Program-made: the position numbers and the translations under genes
Notes under the pieces: generated by a model
Seen by the model: the letters and a program-made list of their open reading frames with translations, nothing else
What the model was told of the DNA's origin: nothing
Databases searched by the model: none
Shown here: piece after piece, positions 38,301-53,111 of the stretch
Numbering within the stretch: position 1 is the stretch's first letter
How the letters are laid out: each line of letters starts with the position of its first letter
Assembly (NCBI RefSeq): GCF_009914755.1
Contig: NC_060941.1
DNA from: the human T2T-CHM13v2.0 reference genome, Homo sapiens
Reading direction: 5' to 3' (one strand)
Length of the DNA: 64,000 nt

Positions 38301-40204
38301 TTGAAGAATCTACAAGTGGATATTTGGACCTCTCTGAGGATTTCGTTGGAAACGGGATAACTGCACCTAACTAAACGGAAGCATTCTCAGAAACTTCTTG
38401 GTGATGTTTGCATTCAAATCCCAGAGTTGAACCTTCCTTTGAGAGTTCAGGTTTGAAACACTCTTTTTGTAGGATCTGCAAGTGGATATTTGGACCACTC
38501 TGTGGCCTTCGTTCGAAACGGGTACATCTTCGCATAAAATCTAGACAGAAGCCTTCTCAGAAACTTCTCTGTGATGATTGCATTCAACTCACAGAGTTGA
38601 ACCCTCCTATGGATAGAGCAGTGTTGAAACTCTCTTTTTGTGGAATCTGCAAGCGGATATGTGGACCTCTCCGAAGATGTCTTTGAAAACGGGAATATCT
38701 TCACATAAAAACTAAACAGAAGCATTCTCAGAAACTTCTCTGTGATGTTTGTGTTCAACTCCCAGAGTTTCACATTGCTTCTCATAGAGTAGTTCTGAAA
38801 CATGCTTTTCGTAGTGTCTGCAAGTGGACATTTGGAGCGCTTTCAGTCCTGTGGTGGAAAACGAATTATGGTCACATAAAAACTGGAGAGAAGCATTGTC
38901 AGAAACTTCTTTGTGATGATTGCATTCAAGTCACAGAGTTGAAGGTTCCTTTTCAAAGAGCAGTTTCCAATCACTCTTTCTGTGGAATCTGCAAGTGGAT
39001 ATTTGGACCTCTTTGAAGATTTCGTTGGAAACGGGAGAATCTTCACAGAAAAGCTAAACAGAAGCATTCTCAGAAACTTCTTTGTGATGCTTGCATTCAA
39101 CTCACAGAGTTGAACTTTCCTTTCGAGAGAGAAGCTTTGAAACACTCTTTTTCCAGAATCTGCAAGTGGACATTTGGAGGGCTTTGAGGCCTGTGGTGGA
39201 AAAGGAATTATCGACCCGTAAAAGCCTAGATAGAAGCATTCTCAGAAACTACTTTGTGATGATTGCATTCAAGACACAGAGTTGAACATTCCCTTTGACA
39301 GAGCAGTTTGGAAACTCTCTTTGTGTAGAATCTGCAAGTGGAGATATGGACCGCTTTGAGGCCTATGGTAGTAAAGGAAATAGCTTCATATAAAAGCTAG
39401 ACAGTAGCATTCACAGAAAACTCTTAGTGACGACTGAGTTTAACTCACAGAGCTGAACATTCCTTTGGATGGAGCAGTTTCGAAACACACTATTTGTAGA
39501 ATGTGCAAGTGGATATGTGGGCCTCTCTGAGGATTTCGTTGGAAACGGGATAAACCGCACAGAACTAAACAGAAGCATTCTCAGAACCTTCTTCGTGATG
39601 TTTGCATTCAACTCACAGTGTTGAACCTTTCTTTGATAGTTCAGGTTTGAAACGGTCTTTCTGTAGAAACTGCAAGTAGATATTTGGACCTCTCTGAGGA
39701 TTTCGTTGGAAACGGGATAAACCGCACAGAACTAAAACAGAAGCATTCTCAGAACCCTCTTCGTGATGTTTGCATTCAACTCACGGTGCTGAACCTTTCT
39801 TTGATAGTTCAGCTTTGAAACACTCTTTTTGTAGAAACTGCAAGTGGATATTTGGTCCTCTCTGAGGATTTCGTTGGAAACGGGATAAACCGCACAGAAC
39901 TAAACAGAAGCATTCTCAGAACCTTCTTCGTGATGTCTGCATTCAACTCACAGTGTGGAACCTTTCTTTGATAGTTCAGGTTTGAAACACTCTTTTTGTA
40001 GAAACTGCAAGGGGATCATTGCACTTCTTTGAGGCCTACCGTAGTAAAGGAGATAACTTCCTATAAAAAGAAGACAGAAGCTTTCTCAGAAAATTCTTTG
40101 GGATGATTGAGTTGAGCAAACAGAGCTGAACACTCCTTGCGATGTAGCAGTTTAGAAACACACTTTCTGCAGAATCTGCAAGTGCATATGTGGACCTCTC
40201 TGAG
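29342..40204 (+). repeat. Four canonical-type 16-monomer HORs (2,715-2,716 bp)
   Basis: EcoRI intervals 2715, 2716, 2716, 2716. All four variable-cluster monomers are present and the units carry the +C insertion AAAAGCCTAGATAG. Confidence 0.92.
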
Positions 40205-43200
40205 GAATTCGTTGGAAACGGGATAATTTCAGCTGACTAAACAGAAGCAGTCTCAGAATCTTATTAGTGATGTTTGCATTCCAATCCCAGAGTTGAACTT
40301 TCCTTTCAAAGTTCACGTTTGAAACACTCTTTTTGCAGGATCTACAAGTGGATATTTGGACCACTCTGTGTCCTTCGTTCGAAACGGTTATATCTTCACA
40401 TGACATCTAGACAGGAGCATTCTCAGAAGCTTCTCTGTGATGACTGCATTCAACTCACGGAGTTGAACACTCCTTTTGAGAGCGCAGTTTTGAAACTCTC
40501 TTTCTGTGGCATCTGCAAGGGGACATGTAGACCTCTTGGAAGATTTCGTTGGAAACGGAATCATCTTCACATCAAAACTATACAGATGCATTCTCAGGAA
40601 CTTTTTGATGATGTTTGTATTCAACTCCCAGAGTTGAACTTTCCTTTGGAAAGAGCAGCTATGAAACACTCTTTTTCTAGAATCTGCAAGTGGACGTTTG
40701 GAGGGCTTTGTGGTTTGTGGTGGAAAAGGAAATATCTTCACCTAAATACTAGATAGAAGCATTCTCAGAAACTGCTTTGTGATGATTGCATTCACCTCAC
40801 AGAGTTGAACATTCCTATTGATAGAGCAGTTTGGAAACACTCTTGTTGTGGAATGTGCAAGTGGAGATTTGGAGCGCTTTGAGGCCTATGGTAGTAAAGG
40901 GAATAGCTTCATAGAAAAACTAGACAGAAGCATTCTCAGAAAATACTTTGTGATGATTGAGTTGAACTCACAGAGCTGAACATTCCTTTGGATGGAGCAG
41001 GTTTGAGACACACTTTTTGTAGAATCTACAAGGGGATATTTGGACCTCTCTGAGGATTTCGTTGGAAACGGGATAACTGCACCTAACTAAACGGAAGCAT
41101 TCTCAGAAACTTCTTGGTGATGTTTGCATTCAAATCCCAGAGTTGAACCTTCCTTTGAGAGTTCAGGTTTGAAACACTCTTTTTGTAGGATCTGCAAGTG
41201 GATATTTGGACCACTCTGTGGCCTTCGTTCGAAACGGGTACATCTTCGCATAAAATCTAGACAGAAGCCTTCTCAGAAACTTCTCTGTGATGATTGCATT
41301 CAACTCACAGAGTTGAACCCTCCTATGGATAGAGCAGTGTTGAAACTCTCTTTTCGTGGAATCTGCAAGCGGATATGTGGACCTCTCTGAAGATGTCTTT
41401 GGAAACGGGAATATCTTCACATAAAAACTAAACAGAAGCATTCTCAGAAACTTCTCTGTGATGTTTGTGTTCAACTCCCAGAGTTTCACATTGCTTCTCA
41501 TAGAGTAGTTCTGAAACATGCTTTTCGTAGTGTCTGCAAGTGGACATTTGGAGCGCTTTCAGGCCTGTGGTGGAAAACGAATTATGGTCACATAAAAACT
41601 GGAGAGAAGCATTGTCAGAAACTTCTTTGTGATGATTGCATTCAAGTCACAGAGTTGAAGGTTCCTTTTCAAAGAGCAGTTTCCAATCACTCTTTCTGTG
41701 GAATCTGCAAGTGGATATTTGGACCTCTTTGAAGATTTCGTTGGAAACGGGAGAATCTTCACAGAAAAGCTAAACAGAAGCATTCTCAGAAACGTCTTTG
41801 TGATGCTTGCATTCAACTCACAGAGTTGAACTTTCCTTTCGAGAGAGAAGCTTTGAAACAGTCTTTTTCCAGAATCTGCAAGTGGACATTTGGAGGGCTT
41901 TGAGGCCTGTGGTGGAAAAGGAATTATCTTCCCGTAAAAGCTAGATAGAAGCATTCTCAGAAACTACTTTGTGATGATTTCATTCAAGTCACAGAGTTGA
42001 ACATTCCCTTTGACAGAGCAGTTTGGAAACTCTCTTTGTGTAGAATCTGCAAGTGGAGATATGGACCGCTTTGAGGCCTATGGTAGTAAAGGAAATAGCT
42101 TCATATAAAAGCTAGACAGTAGCATTCACAGAAAACTCTTGGTGACGACTGAGTTTAACTCACAGAGCTGAACATTCCTTTGGATGGAGCAGTTTCGAAA
42201 CACACTATTTGTAGAATGTGCAAGTGGATATGTGGGCCTCTCTGAGGATTTCGTTGGAAACGGGATAAACCGCACAGAACTAAACAGAAGCATTCTCAGA
42301 ACCTTCTTCGTGATGTCTGCATTCAACTCACAGTGTGGAACCTTTCTTTGATAGTTCAGGTTTGAAACACTCTTTTTGTAGAAACTGCAAGGGGATCATT
42401 GCACTTCTTTGAGGCCTACCGTAGTAAAGGAGATAACTTCCTATAAAAAGAAGACAGAAGCTTTCTCAGAAAATTCTTTGGGATGATTGAGTTGAGCAAA
42501 CAGAGCTGAACACTCCTTGCGATGTAGCAGTTTAGAAACACACTTTCTGCAGAATCTGCAAGTGCATATGTGGACCTCTCTGAGGAATTCGTTGGAAATG
42601 GGATAATTTCAGCTGACTAAACAGAAGCAGTCTCAGAATCTTCTTTGTGATGTTTGCATTCAAATCCCAGAGTTGAACTTTCCTTTCCAAGTTCACGTTT
42701 GAAACACTCTTTTTGCAGGATCTACAAGTGGATATTTGGACCACTCTGTGTCCTTCGTTCGAAACGGGTATATCTTCACATGACATCTAGACAGAAGCAT
42801 TCTCAGAAGCTTCTCTGTGATGACTGCATTCAACTCACGGAGTTGAACACTCCTTTTGAGAGCGCAGTTTTGAAACTCTCTTTCTGTGGCATCTGCAAGG
42901 GGACATGTAGACCTCTTTGAAGATTTCGTTGGAAACGGAATCATCTTCACATCAAAACTATACAGATGCATTCTCAGGAACTTTTTGGTGATGTTTGTAT
43001 TCAACTCCCAGAGTTGAACTTTCCTTTGGAAAGAGCAGCTATGAAACACTCTTTTTCTAGAATCTGCAAGTGGACGTTTGGAGGGCTATGTGGTTTGTGG
43101 TGGAAAAGGAAATATTTTCACCTAAATACTAGATAGGAGCATTCTCAGAAACTGCTTTGTGATGATTGCATTCACCTCGCAGAGTTGAACATTCCTATTG

Positions 43201-44964
43201 ATAGAGCAGTTTGGAAACACTCTTGTTGTGGAATGTGCAAGTGGAGATTTGGAGCGCTTTGAGGCCTATGGTAGTAAAGGGAATAGCTTCATAGAAAAAC
43301 TAGACAGAAGCATTCTCAGAAAATACTTTGTGATGATTGAGTTGAACTCACAGAGCTGAACATTCCTTTGGATGGAGCAGGTTTGAGACACACTTTTTGT
43401 AGAATCTACAAGTGGATATTTGGACCTCTCTGAGGATTTCGTTGGAAACGGGATAACTGCACCTAACTAAACGGAAGCATTCTCAGAAACTTCTTGGTGA
43501 TGTTTGCATTCAAATCCCAGAGTTGAACCTTCCTTTGATAGTTCAGGTTTGAAACACTCTTTTTGTAGGATCTGCAAGTGGATATTTGGACCACTCTGTG
43601 GCCTTCGTTCGAAACGGGTACATCTTCGCATAAAATCTAGACAGAAGCCTTCTCAGAAACTTCTCTGTGATGATTACATTCAACTCACAGAGTTGAACCC
43701 TCCTATGGATAGAGCAGTGTTGAAACTCTCTTTTCGTGGAATCTGCAAGCGGATATGTGGACCTCTCTGAAGATGTCTTTGGAAACGGGAATATCTTCAC
43801 ATAAAAACTAAACAGAAGCATTCTCAGAAACTTCTCTGTGATGTTTGTGTTCAGCTCCCAGAGTTTCACATTGCTTCTCATAGAGTAGTTCTGAAACATG
43901 CTTTTCGTAGTGTCTGCAAGTGGACATTTGGAGCGCTTTCAGGCCTGTGGTGGAAAACGAATTATGGTCACATAAAAACTGGAGAGAAGCATTGTCAGAA
44001 ACTTCTTTGTGATGATTGCATTCAAGTCACAGAGTTGAAGGTTCCTTTTCAAAGAGCAGTTTCCAATCACTCTTTCTGTGGAATCTGCAAGTGGATATTT
44101 GGACCTCTTTGAAGATTTCGTTGGAAACGGGAGAATCTTCACAGAAAAGCTAAACAGAAGCATTCTCAGAAACGTCTTTGTGATGCTTGCATTCAACTCA
44201 CAGAGTGGAACTTTCCTTTCGAGAGAGAAGCTTTGAAACAGTCTTTTTCCAGAATCTGCAAGTGGACATTTGGAGGGCTTTGAGGCCTGTGGTGGAAAAG
44301 GAATTATCTTCCCGTAAAAGCTAGATAGAAGCATTCTCAGAAACTACTTTGTGATGATTTCATTCAAGTCACAGAGTTGAACATTCCCTTTGACAGAGCA
44401 GTTTGGAAACTCTCTTTGTGTAGAATCTGCAAGTGGAGATATGGACCGCTTTGAGGCCTATGGTAGTAAAGGAAATAGCTTCATATAAAAGCTAGACAGT
44501 AGCATTCACAGAAAACTCTTGGTGACGACTGAGTTTAACTCACAGAGCTGAACATTCCTTTGGATGGAGCAGTTTCGAAACACACTATTTGTAGAATGTG
44601 CAAGTGGATATGTGGGCCTCTCTGAGGATTTCGTTGGAAACGGGATAAACCGCACAGAACTAAACAGAAGCATTCTCAGAACCTTCTTCGTGATGTCTGC
44701 ATTCAACTCACAGTGTGGAACCTTTCTTTGATAGTTCAGGTTTGAAACACTCTTTTTGTAGAAACTGCAAGGGGATCATTGCACTTCTTTGAGGCCTACC
44801 GTAGTAAAGGAGATAACTTCCTATAAAAAGAAGACAGAAGCTTTCTCAGAAAATTCTTTGGGATGATTGAGTTGAGCAAACAGAGCTGAACACTCCTTGC
44901 GATGTAGCAGTTTAGAAACACACTTTCTGCAGAATCTGCAAGTGCATATGTGGACCTCTCTGAG
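40205..44964 (+). repeat. Two tandem 14-monomer HOR variants (2,380 bp)
   Basis: EcoRI intervals 2380, 2380 = 2715 - 335 (167+168). At 42121-42458 and 44501-44838 the first cluster monomer joins directly to the last. Confidence 0.92.
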
Positions 44965-47900
44965 GAATTCGTTGGAAATGGGATAATTTCAGCTGACTAA
45001 ACAGAAGCAGTCTCAGAATCTTCTTTGTGATGTTTGCATTCAAATCCCAGAGTTGAACTTTCCTTTCCAAGTTCACGTTTGAAACACTCTTTTTGCAGGA
45101 TCTACAAGTGGATATTTGGACCACTCTGTGTCCTTCGTTCGAAACGGGTACATCTTCACATGACATCTAGACAGAAGCATTCTCAGAAGCTTCTCTGTGA
45201 TGACTGCATTCAACTCACGGAGTTGAACACTCCTTTTGAGAGCGCAGTTTTGAAACTCTCTTTCTGTGGCATCTGCAAGGGGACATGTAGACCTCTTTGA
45301 AGATTTCGTTGGAAACGGAATCATCTTCACATAAAAACTATACAGATGCATTCTCAGGAACTTTTTGGTGATGTTTGTATTCAACTCCCAGAGTTGAACT
45401 TTCCTTTGGAAAGAGCAGCTATGAAACACTCTTTTTCTAGAATCTGCAAGTGGACGTTTGGAGGGCTTTGTGGTTTGTGGTGGAAAAGGAAATATCTTCA
45501 CCTAAATACTAGATAGAAGCATTCTCAGAAACTGCTTTGTGATGATTGCATTCACCTCACAGAGTTGAACATTCCTATTGATAGAGCAGTTTGGAAACAC
45601 TCTTGTTGTGGAATGTGCAAGTGGAGATTTGGAGCGCTTTGAGGCCTATGGTAGTAAAGGGAATAGCTTCATAGAAAAACTAGACAGAAGCATTCTCAGA
45701 AAATACTTTGTGATGATTGAGTTGAACTCACAGAGCTGAACATTCCTTTGGATGGAGCAGGTTTGAGACACACTTTTTGTAGAATCTACAAGTGGATATT
45801 TGGACCTCTCTGAGGATTTCGTTGGAAACGGGATAACTGCACCTAACTAAACGGAAGCATTCTCAGAAACTTCTTGGTGATGTTTGCATTCAAATCCCAG
45901 AGTTGAACCTTCCTTTGAGAGTTCAGGTTTGAAACACTCTTTTTGTAGGATCTGCAAGTGGCTATTTGGACCACTCTGTGGCCTTCGTTCGAAACGGGTA
46001 CATCTTCGCATAAAATCTAGACAGAAGCCTTCTCAGAAACTTCTCTGTGATGATTGCATTCAACTCACAGAGTTGAACCCTCCTATGGATAGAGCAGTGT
46101 TGAAACTCTCTTTTTGTGGAATCTGCAAGCGGATATGTGGACCTCTCCGAAGATGTCTTTGGCAACGGGAATATCTTCACATAAAAACTAAACAGAAGCA
46201 TTCTCAGAAACTTCTCTGTGATGTTTGTGTTCAACTCCCAGAGTTTCACATTGCTTCTCATAGAGTAGTTCTGAAACATGCTTTTCGTAGTGTCTGCAAG
46301 TGGACATTTGGAGCGCTTTCAGGCCTGTGGTGGAAAACGAATTATGGTCACATAAAAACTGGAGAGAAGCATTGTCAGAAACTTCTTTGTGATGATTGCA
46401 TTCAAGTCACAGAGTTGAAGGTTCCTTTTCAAAGAGCAGTTTCCAATCACTCTTTCTGTGGAATCTGCAAGTGGATATTTGGACCTCTTTGAAGATTTCG
46501 TTGGAAACGGGAGAATCTTCACAGAAAAGCTAAACAGAAGCATTCTCAGAAACTTCTTTGTGATGCTTGCATTCAACTCACAGAGTTGAACTTTCCTTTC
46601 GAGAGAGAAGCTTTGAAACACTCTTTTTCCAGAATCTGCAAGTGGACATTTGGAGGGCTTTGAGGCCTGTGGTGGAAAAGGAATTATCTTCCCGTAAAAG
46701 CTAGATAGAAGCATTCTCAGAAACTACTTTGTGATGATTGCATTCAAGTCACAGAGTTGAACATTCCCTTTGACAGAGCAGTTTGGAAACTCTCTTTGTG
46801 TAGAATTTGCAAGTGGAGATATGGACCGCTTTGAGGCCTATGGTAGTAAAGGAAATAGCTTCATATAAAAGCTAGACAGTAGCATTCACAGAAAACTCTT
46901 GGTGACGACTGAGTTTAACTCACAGAGCTGAACATTCCTTTGGATGGAGCAGTTTCGAAACACACTATTAGTAGAATGTGCAAGTGGATATGTGGGCCTC
47001 TCTGAGGATTTCGTTGGAAACGGGATAAACCGCACAGAACTAAACAGAAGCATTCTCAGAACCTTCTTCGTGATGTTTGCATTCAACTCACAGTGTTGAA
47101 CCTTTCTTTGATAGTTCAGGTTTGAAACGGTCTTTCTGTAGAAACTGCAAGTAGATATTTGGACCTCTCTGAGGATTTCGTTGGAAACGGGATAAACCGC
47201 ACACAACTAAAACAGAAGCATTCTCAGAACCCTCTTCGTGATGTTTGCATTCAACTCACGGTGCTGAACCTTTCTTTGATAGTTCAGCTTTGAAACACTC
47301 TTTTTGTAGAAACTGCAAGTGGATATTTGGTCCTCTCTGAGGATTTCGTTGGTAACGGGATAAACCGCACAGAACTAAACAGAAGCATTCTCAGAACCTT
47401 CTTCGTGATGTCTGCATTCAACTCACAGTGTGGAACCTTTCTTTGATAGTTCAGGTTTGAAACACTCTTTTTGTAGAAACTGCAAGGGGATCATTGCACT
47501 TCTTTGAGGCCTACCGTAGTAAAGGAGATAACTTCCTATAAAAAGAAGACAGAAGCTTTCTCAGAAAATTCTTTGGGATGATTGAGTTGAGCAAACAGAG
47601 CTGAACACTCCTTGCGATGTAGCAGTTTAGAAACACACTTTCCGCAGAATCTGCAAGTGCATATGTGGACCTCTCTGAGGAAATCGTTGGAAACGGGATA
47701 ATTTCAGCTGACTAAACAGAAGCAGTCTCAGAATCTTCTTTGTGATGTTTGCATTCAAATCCCAGAGTTGAACTTTCCTTTCCAAGTTCACGTTTGAAAC
47801 ACTCTTTTTGCAGGATCTGCAAGTGGATATTTGGACCACTCTGTGTCCTTCGTTCGAAACGGGTATATGTTCACATGACATCTAGACAGAAGCATTCTCA

Positions 47901-50900
47901 GAAGCTTCTCTGTGATGACTGCATTCAACTCACGGAGTTGAACACTCCTTTTGAGAGCGCAGTTTTGAAACTCTCTTTCTGTGGCATCTGCAAGGGGACA
48001 TGTAGACCTCTTTGAAGATTTCGTTGGAAACGGAATCATCTTCACATCAAAACTATACAGATGCATTCTCAGGAACTTTTTGGTGATGTTTGTATTCAAC
48101 TCCCAGAGTTGAACTTTCCTTTGGAAAGAGCAGCTATGAAACACTCTTTTTCTAGAATCTGCAAGTGGACGTTTGGAGGGCTTTGTGGTTTGTGGTGGAA
48201 AAGGAAATATCTTCACCTAAATACTAGAGAGAAGCATTCTCAGAAACTGCTTTGTGATGATTGCATTCACCTCACAGAGTTGAACATTCCTATTGATAGA
48301 GCAGTTTGGAAACACTCTTGTTGTGGAATGTGCAAGTGGAGATTTGGAGCGCTTTGAGGCCTATGGTAGTAAAGGGAATAGCTTCATAGAAAAACTAGAC
48401 AGAAGCATTCTCAGAAAATACTTTGTGATGATTGAGTTGAACTCACAGAGCTGAACATTCCTTTGGATGGAGCAGGTTTGAGACACACTTTTTGTAGAAT
48501 CTACAAGTGGATATTTGGACCTCTCTGAGGATTTCGTTGGAAACGGGATAACTGCACCTAACTAAACGGAAGCATTCTCAGAAACTTCTTGGTGATGTTT
48601 GCATTCAAATCCCAGAGTTGAACCTTCCTTTGAGAGTTCAGGTTTGAAACACTCTTTTTGTAGGATCTGCAAGTGGATATTTGGACCACTCTGTGGCCTT
48701 CGTTCGAAACGGGTACACCTTCGCATAAAATCTAGACAGAAGCCTTCTCAGAAACTTCTCTGTGATGATTGCATTCAACTCACAGAGTTGAACCCTCCTA
48801 TGGATAGAGCAGTGTTGAAACTCTCTTTTTGTGGAATCTGCAAGCGGATATGTGGACCTCTCCGAAGATGTCTTTGGCAACGGGAATATCTTCACATAAA
48901 AACTAAACAGAAGCATTCTCAGAAACTTCTCTGTGATGTTTGTGTTCAACTCCGAGAGTTTCACATTGCTTCTCATAGAGTAGTTCTGAAACATGCTTTT
49001 CGTAGTGTCTGCAAGTGGACATTTGGAGCGCTTTCAGGCCTGTGGTGGAAAACGAATTATGGTCACATAAAAACTGGAGAGAAGCATTGTCAGAAACTTC
49101 TTTGTGATGATTGCATTCAAGTCACAGAGTTGAAGGTTCCTTTTCAAAGAGCAGTTTCCAATCACTCTTTCTGTGGAATCTGCAAGTGGATATTTGGACC
49201 TCTTTGAAGATTTCGTTGGAAACGGGAGAATCTTCACAGAAAAGCTAAACAGAAGCATTCTCAGAAACTTCTTTGTGATGCTTGCATTCAACTCACAGAG
49301 TTGAACTTTCCTTTCGAGAGAGAAGCTTTGAAACACTCTTTTTCCAGAATCTGCAAGTGGACATTTGGAGGGCTTTGAGGCCTGTGGTGGAAAAGGAATT
49401 ATCTTCCCGTAAAAGCTAGATAGAAGCATTCTCAGAAACTACTTTGTGATGATTGCATTCAAGTCACAGAGTTGAACATTCCCTTTGACAGAGCAGTTTG
49501 GAAACTCTCTTTGTGTAGAATCTGCAAGTGGAGATATGGACCGCTTTGAGGCCTATGGTAGTAAAGGAAATAGCTTCATATAAAAGCTAGACAGTAGCAT
49601 TCACAGAAAACTCTTGGTGACGACTGAGTTTAACTCACAGAGCTGAACATTCCTTTGGATGGAGCAGTTTCGAAACACACTATCTGTAGAATGTGCAAGT
49701 GGATATGTGGGCCTCTCTGAGGATTTCGTTGGAAACGGGATAAACCGCACAGAACTAAACAGAAGCATTCTCAGAACCTTCTTCGTGATGTTTGCATTCA
49801 ACTCACAGTGTTGAACCTTTCTTTGATAGTTCAGGTTTGAAACGGTCTTTCTGTAGAAACTGCAAGTAGATATTTGGACCTCTCTGAGGATTTCGTTGGA
49901 AACGGGATAAACCGCACACAACTAAAACAGAAGCATTCTCAGAACCCTCTTCGTGATGTTTGCATTCAACTCACGGTGCTGAACCTTTCTTTGATAGTTC
50001 AGCTTTGAAACACTCTTTTTGTAGAAACTGCAAGTGGATATTTGGTCCTCTCTGACGATTTCGTTGGTAACGGGATAAACCGCACAGAACTAAACTGAAG
50101 CATTCTCAGAACCTTCTTCGTGATGTCTGCATTCAACTCACAGTGTGGAACCTTTCTTTGATAGTTCAGGTTTGAAACACTCTTTTTGTAGAAACTGCAA
50201 GGGGATCATTGCACTTCTTTGAGGCCTACCGTAGTAAAGGAGATAACTTCCTACAAAAAGAAGACAGAAGCTTTCTCAGAAAATTCTTTGGGATGATTGA
50301 GTTGAGCAAACAGAGCTGAACACTCCTTGCGATGTAGCAGTTTAGAAACACACTTTCTGCAGAATCTGCAAGTGCATATGTGGACCTCTCTGAGGAATTC
50401 GTTGGAAACGGGATAATTTCAGCTGACTAAACAGAAGCAGTCTCAGAATCTTCTTTGTGATGTTTGCATTCAAATCCCAGAGTTGAACTTTCCTTTCCAA
50501 GTTCACGTTTGAAACACTCTTTTTGCAGGATCTGCAAGTGGATATTTGGACCACTCTGTGTCCTTCGTTCGAAACGGGTATATCTTCACATGACATCTAG
50601 ACAGAAGCATTCTCAGAAGCTTCTCTGTGATGACTGCATTCAACTCACGGAGTTGAACACTCCTTTTGAGAGCGCAGTTTTGAAACTCTCTTTCTGTGGC
50701 ATCTGCAAGGGGACATGTAGACCTCTTTGAAGATTTCGTTGGAAACGGAATCATCTTCACATCAAAACTATACAGATGCATTCTCAGCAACTTTTTGGTG
50801 ATGTTTGTATTCAACTCCCAGAGTTGAACTTTCCTTTGGAAAGAGCAGCTATGAAACACTCTTTTTCTAGAATCTGCAAGTGGACGTTTGTAGGGCTTTG

Positions 50901-53111
50901 TGGTTTGTGGTGGAAAAGGAAATATCTTCACCTAAATACTAGATAGAAGCATTCTCAGAAACTGCTTTGTGATGATTGCATTCACCTCACAGAGTTGAAC
51001 ATTCCTATTGATAGAGCAGTTTGGAAACACTCTTGTTGTGGAATGTGCAAGTGGAGATTTGGAGCGCTTTGAGGCCTATGGTAGTAAAGGGAATAGCTTC
51101 ATAGAAAAACTAGACAGAAGCATTCTCAGAAAATACTTTGTGATGATTGAGTTGAACTCACAGAGCTGAACATTCCTTTGGATGGAGCAGGTTTGAGACA
51201 CACTTTTTGTAGAATCTACAAGTGGATATTTGGACCTCTCTGAGGATTTCGTTGGAAACGGGATAACTGCACCTAACTAAACGGAAGCATTCTCAGAAAC
51301 TTCTTGGTGATGTTTGCATTCAAATCCCAGAGTTGAACCTTCCTTTGAGAGTTCAGGTTTGAAACACTCTTTTTGTAGGATCTGCAAGTGGATATTTGGA
51401 CCACTCTGTGGCCTTCGTTCGAAACGGGTACACCTTCGCATAAAATCTAGACAGAAGCCTTCTCAGAAACTTCTCTGTGATGATTGCATTCAACTCACAA
51501 AGTTGAACCCTCCTATGGATAGAGCAGTGTTGAAACTCTCTTTTTGTGGAATCTGCAAGCGGATATGTGGACCTCTCCGAAGATGTCTTTGGCAACGGGA
51601 ATATCTTCACATAAAAACTAAACAGAAGCATTCTCAGAAACTTCTCTGTGATGTTTGTGTTCAACTCCCAGAGTTTCACATTGCTTCTCATAGAGTAGTT
51701 CTGAAACATGCTTTTCGTAGTGTCTGCAAGTGGACATTTGGAGCGCTTTCAGGCCTGTGGTGGAAAACGAATTATGGTCACATAAAAACTGGAGAGAAGC
51801 ATTGTCAGAAACTTCTTTGTGATGATTGCATTCAAGTCACAGAGTTGAAGGTTCCTTTTCAAAGAGCAGTTTCCAATCACTCTTTCTGTGGAATCTGCAA
51901 GTGGATATTTGGACCTCTTTGAAGATTTCGTTGGAAACGGGAGAATCTTCACAGAAAAGCTAAACAGAAGCATTCTCAGAAACTTCTTTGTGATGCTTGC
52001 ATTCAACTCACAGAGTTGAACTTTCCTTTCGAGAGAGAAGCTTTGAAACACTCTTTTTCCAGAATCTGCAAGTGGACATTTGGAGGGCTTTGAGGCCTGT
52101 GGTGGAAAAGGAATTATCTTCCCGTAAAAGCTAGATAGAAGCATTCTCAGAAACTACTTTGTGATGATTGCATTCAAGTCAGAGAGTTGAACATTCCCTT
52201 TGACAGAGCAGTTTGGAAACTCTCTTTGTGTAGAATCTGCAAGTGGAGATATGGACCGCTTTGAGGCCTATGGTAGTAAAGGAAATAGCTTCATATAAAA
52301 GCTAGACAGTAGCATTCACAGAAAACTCTTGGTGACGACTGAGTTTAACTCACAGAGCTGAACATTCCTTTGGATGGAGTAGTTTCGAAACACACTATCT
52401 GTAGAATGTGCAAGTGGATATGTGGGCCTCTCTGAGGATTTCGTTGGAAACGGGATAAACCGCACAGAACTAAACAGAAGCATTCTCAGAACCTTCTTCG
52501 TGATGTTTGCATTCAACTCACAGTGTTGAACCTTTCTTTGATAGTTCAGGTTTGAAACGGTCTTTCTGTAGAAACTGCAAGTAGATATTTGGACCTCTCT
52601 GAGGATTTCGTTGGAAACGGGATAAACCGCACACAACTAAAACAGAAGCATTCTCAGAACCCTCTTCGTGATGTTTGCATTCAACTCACGGTGCTGAACC
52701 TTTCTTTGATAGTTCAGCTTTGAAACACTCTTTTTGTAGAAACTGCAAGTGGATATTTGATCCTCTCTGAGGATTTCGTTGGTAACGGGATAAACCGCAC
52801 AGAACTAAACAGAAGCATTCTCAGAACCTTCTTCGTGATGTCTGCATTCAACTCACAGTGTGGAACCTTTCTTTGATAGTTCAGGTTTGAAACACTCTTT
52901 TTGTAGAAACTGCAAGGGGATCATTGCACTTCTTTGAGGCCTACCGTAGTAAAGGAGATAACTTCCTATAAAAAGAAGACAGAAGCTTTCTCAGAAAATT
53001 CTTTGGGATGATTGAGTTGAGCAAACAGAGCTGAACACTCCTTGCGATGTAGCAGTTTAGAAACACACTTTCTGCAGAATCTGCAAGTGCATATGTGGAC
53101 CTCTCTGAGGA

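Noticed and set aside
40205-44964. 2,380-bp 14-mers as the separate D17Z1-B array
   Set aside because: They are nearly identical to the flanking 16-mers and differ by a clean two-monomer deletion. D17Z1-B is a distinct, more diverged array. Alignment to both consensuses would settle it.
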